Of a stretch of DNA of 64,000 nucleotides, positions 60,729 to 64,000 are shown piece by piece. The DNA comes from Octopus vulgaris (lineage: Eukaryota), in contig OX597820.1 in assembly GCA_951406725.2 (NCBI GenBank), positions 127,658,001-127,722,000 of the forward strand, read 5' to 3'. Position 1 is the stretch's first letter, and the number at the start of each line of letters is the position of its first letter. Under the pieces are notes generated by a model. It did no database searches and had not been told where the DNA came from. It worked only from the letters and a program-made list of their open reading frames with translations. The position numbers and the translations under genes are program-made.

Positions 60729-60786
<58 letters not shown>

Positions 60787-61009
60787 ACACACACACACAT
60801 ATATATGTGTATATATACATATATATAAGCAAAAAGGGAGTCCTAAAATCTCTCTAAGAGAACAACTCATGTACGTAGCCACTTGAACATGGTTTTTCCG
60901 TTCGAACGGACTCCACTGCGAATTTTTAACGCCCAAGAGGACATCTCCGCTAGCTGGTTAATGATGCATACCTGGAGCCAATATCTGGCGAGCAGGGGAG
61001 CGAACCCCT

Positions 61010-61048
<39 letters not shown>

Positions 61049-61057
61049 AAACATATG

Positions 61058-61227
61058 CAGTATCCCTCGACTATCGCGGGTTTTACGTTCCAAACACCCC
61101 ACGATAGGTGAAAATCCGCGATATAGAAACAGCACTGTACTGTATATTTTTTAAAACAACACCACGGAGGAATAGGCATAAGCTTTAAACTGTGATAGGT
61201 GAACTGCGATATGGCGAGGGATTACTG
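61058..61227. mobile_element. Tigger-type MITE
   Basis: cagtatccctcgactatcgc / gcgatatggcgagggattactg|ta. Confidence 0.8.
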
Positions 61228-61303
61228 TATACAACTGCACTGATACTCTGTCGGTTACGATGAAATGTGTTCCAGTTGAATCGGTCAACAGAACAGCCTG
61301 CTC

Positions 61304-61685
61304 GGCGAGAAGGCAGAACCATTAGCACGCCGGGCGAAATGCTCAGCGGTATTTCGTCTGCCGTTACGTTCTGAGTTCAAATTCCGCCGAGGTCGACTTT
61401 GCCTTTCGTCCTTTCCGGGTCGATAAATTAAGTACCAGTAACGCACTGGGGTCGATATAATCGACTTAATCCGTTTGTCTGTCCTTGTTTGTCCTCTCTG
61501 TGTTTAGCCCCTTGTGGGTAGTCAAGAAATAGGTACTTCGTCTGACGCTACGTTCTGAGTTCAAATTCCGCCGAGGCCAACTTTGCTTTTCATCCTTTCG
61601 GGGTCGATATAATTGACTTAATCCATTTGTCTGTCCTTGTTTGTCCCCTCTGTGTTTAGCCCATTATGGGCTGTAAAGAAATAAG
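61304..61685 (+). mobile_element. SINE dimer nested in another SINE, 15-bp TSD
   Basis: TSD agaacagcctgctcg; the second unit has an internal deletion between the two ggggtcgat motifs. Confidence 0.88.
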
Positions 61686-62074
61686 AACAGCCTGCTCGTA
61701 AAGTTAACGTGCAAGTGGCTGAGCACTCCACAGACACGCATACTCTTAACATAGTTCCAATGGAAATTCAGCGAAAGAAAGACAGTGACAAGGCTTGCCC
61801 CTTTGAACTGCAATTAATTATTGCATCAGCTGTGTCGGTTGGAGCAACGTGAAATAAAGTACCTTGTTGAAAGAGAAAGCACTTGGCCGGGAATCGAACT
61901 CACGACCTTACGATCGTATGTTAAATATCCTCGCCACTAAGCCACGCTTAGTATAGCTACACACCTACATTCATACATACATGCATATATGCGTACATAC
62001 ATACATACATACATATATACATACACACATACACACACAAGAATAGAATAGTTAAGGCGAGGTATTGTGATGCT

Positions 62075-62288
62075 ATATTAGATAAAAACTTGATAAGCTC
62101 GAAACAATGCGAAATGAAGAACAAAGTAAACTACAAAAGTGAAAACAGAACAACAGTTGAAGTTTTACCTTGTATTTTTATATTTCGGGGTTATGACCCC
62201 TTCTTCAGGACACTTCAGTTGTTTTTTCTGTTTTCACTTTGTATTTTATATTGCATTGTTTCAGCCTTATCAAGCTTTTATCTGATAT
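62075..62288. repeat. Imperfect inverted repeat enclosing a hammerhead-like motif (minus, ~62180-62210)
   Basis: gataaaaacttgataagctcgaaacaatgc / gcattgtttcagccttatcaagcttttatc; minus-strand CTGAAGA-agggg tcataa cccc-GAAA. Confidence 0.65.
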
Positions 62289-63173
62289 ACATACATACAT
62301 ACATACATATCCTCACACAAGTATGTTTACGAATGTATATGCAAACACACACCTACACGCTCTCATATATTTATAAATGTATGTAAACTTACCCCCCCAC
62401 ACACACACACAAACACACAAACACACACATATATAGACATATACTGAAATATTAACATACCTTCATGTATATATTAATATATGTGTACAGGTATGTCTAT
62501 ATTCATATTTATATGCATATATAGCTACGTTTACGTTTGTATATATATATATATATATATATATATACCCATACATATGTATGTATGTATGTATGTACAT
62601 CGATTCAAGATCGCCGATTATTATGCTCAATCAAATTAGTTTCTGAGTTTCATTGTCGCAATCAGTTGAAGTTTCATAGTCGAGTCGTCATGATAAGTTT
62701 TCTGAAACCATCAAATTTCCACGAGTTCAGGAATATATTGTCCTCTTAATGTCTCTGCATCCAAATGCCCCTTTCGTCTTCCCTGGAATATACTTAATGG
62801 AAGTGAGTACCAGCCTAGTTCTGCAACTCCTTTAGGATGGTACTCCTTTTCAGCTGAGCACGCTGGGGCAACATGAAATGAAGAATTTTGCACAAAGAAG
62901 ACAGCGTGCCACTTGGTCAAGGAATCGATCCTAAATCCTTATGATCGGAGGCCTAACCCACTAACTACTTGGCCGTACGCATGGATATATGCGAATACAT
63001 ACGTATGTACGTACGTACGTACGTACGTATGAATGTATGTATGTATGTATGTATGTATGTATGTGTGTATGTATGTATATATGTATGTATGTATGGATGG
63101 ATGGATGGATGCATGTTTATGCATGTATATATATATATATATATATATATACATACATACATGTACACACACA

Positions 63174-63209
<36 letters not shown>

Positions 63210-63269
63210 TATACACCAACATACACACACACACACACACATATATGATGAATTGAACTGGTCCGGGCA

Positions 63270-63940
63270 CGACCTCTTGACAAGTTAAAAATTACCGTGT
63301 AAGCCTGCCAAGGAAAGGACAACCGTCATCCGCAGGTTTGATTTCTCATCGCTGTTCTAGTATTAGACAAGCTTTGTTTAGATAACTTTTCAAGGGGCCT
63401 TTCTAATTAATACCTGAGCAGGGCTAGCCCTGAAAAAGGCGTCTTACTCAATCGAGGTGCTACCGAATCTGTCCATCACCTTAGTTTGGAAAAGGAAACC
63501 CTGTGACCAATATCCCAAGTATTGTACATGCAGGTTTTCCATTTACTTAATTTCTACTGGTTAAGTTGCATATGTTCCACTTATCTCCATCACCGCATGA
63601 CTTTTTCTCCAAGAAGTTTTCTGTATAAAATTGATTACAGTGAATGAAACGGATATACACTTCAGACAGAACAACTTTTCTCCTGGTGACTGATTATATA
63701 CTTAGAAGACCAGAGGTTTGATGATCTTTAAGTTTTACACCAGAACATCTTTGCTCTTAAACTGATGTTTAAGCAAAATTTCGGGGCACCATCATTCTCA
63801 TATGGTCGTATGGAACGCTTGTTTGCCATCACGACTATTTTTCATATCCCAAGCATTTGCTAGATAGGCATCGAACATACGATGGCTTCGTCCATCCTTT
63901 TTGACAAGTATTGTACTTTATTCTGCTATGTCTCTAACCT
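63270..63940 (-). mobile_element. Highly decayed L1/Tx1-like RT remnant
   Basis: Fragments TILGI and LSF.GRLT resemble the KILG..F and LSLxGR motifs; many stops. Confidence 0.35.
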
Positions 63941-64000
63941 GCTTTGTATGTATATTTGTGAGGATGCATATATACGCGCATACACTCGTGCATATACACA

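Overview
AT-rich, microsatellite- and transposon-dense animal genomic DNA. The SINE families and (TA)/(CA)/(ATAC)/(ATCT) load look like a coleoid cephalopod, probably Octopus (inference, no search run). Almost every ORF in the supplied track is a microsatellite translation or a decayed transposon. The window holds many tRNA-derived SINEs (some as head-to-tail multimers with TSDs), remnants of CR1, RTE, R4/Dong, Hero-like, L1/Tx1 and Penelope retroelements (with hairpins and minimal hammerhead-like motifs), and Chapaev3, Helitron, MULE, Tigger/pogo and mariner DNA elements and MITEs. The main result is invisible to the ORF track: a putative minus-strand gene read by hand from splice-site pairs. 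It starts at ATG 45617 with a signal peptide (MKDIFLMTLLLWLCVVPEAFC) and runs off the left edge of the window. I found about 39 candidate coding exons of 10-90 nt, 18 of them 30 nt or shorter. They splice in frame in three blocks and encode at least three internally similar, very divergent MAM-like domains. The gene also carries duplicated exons and a duplicated donor site. The exon model is manual, two junctions are unresolved, and it needs RNA-seq confirmation.
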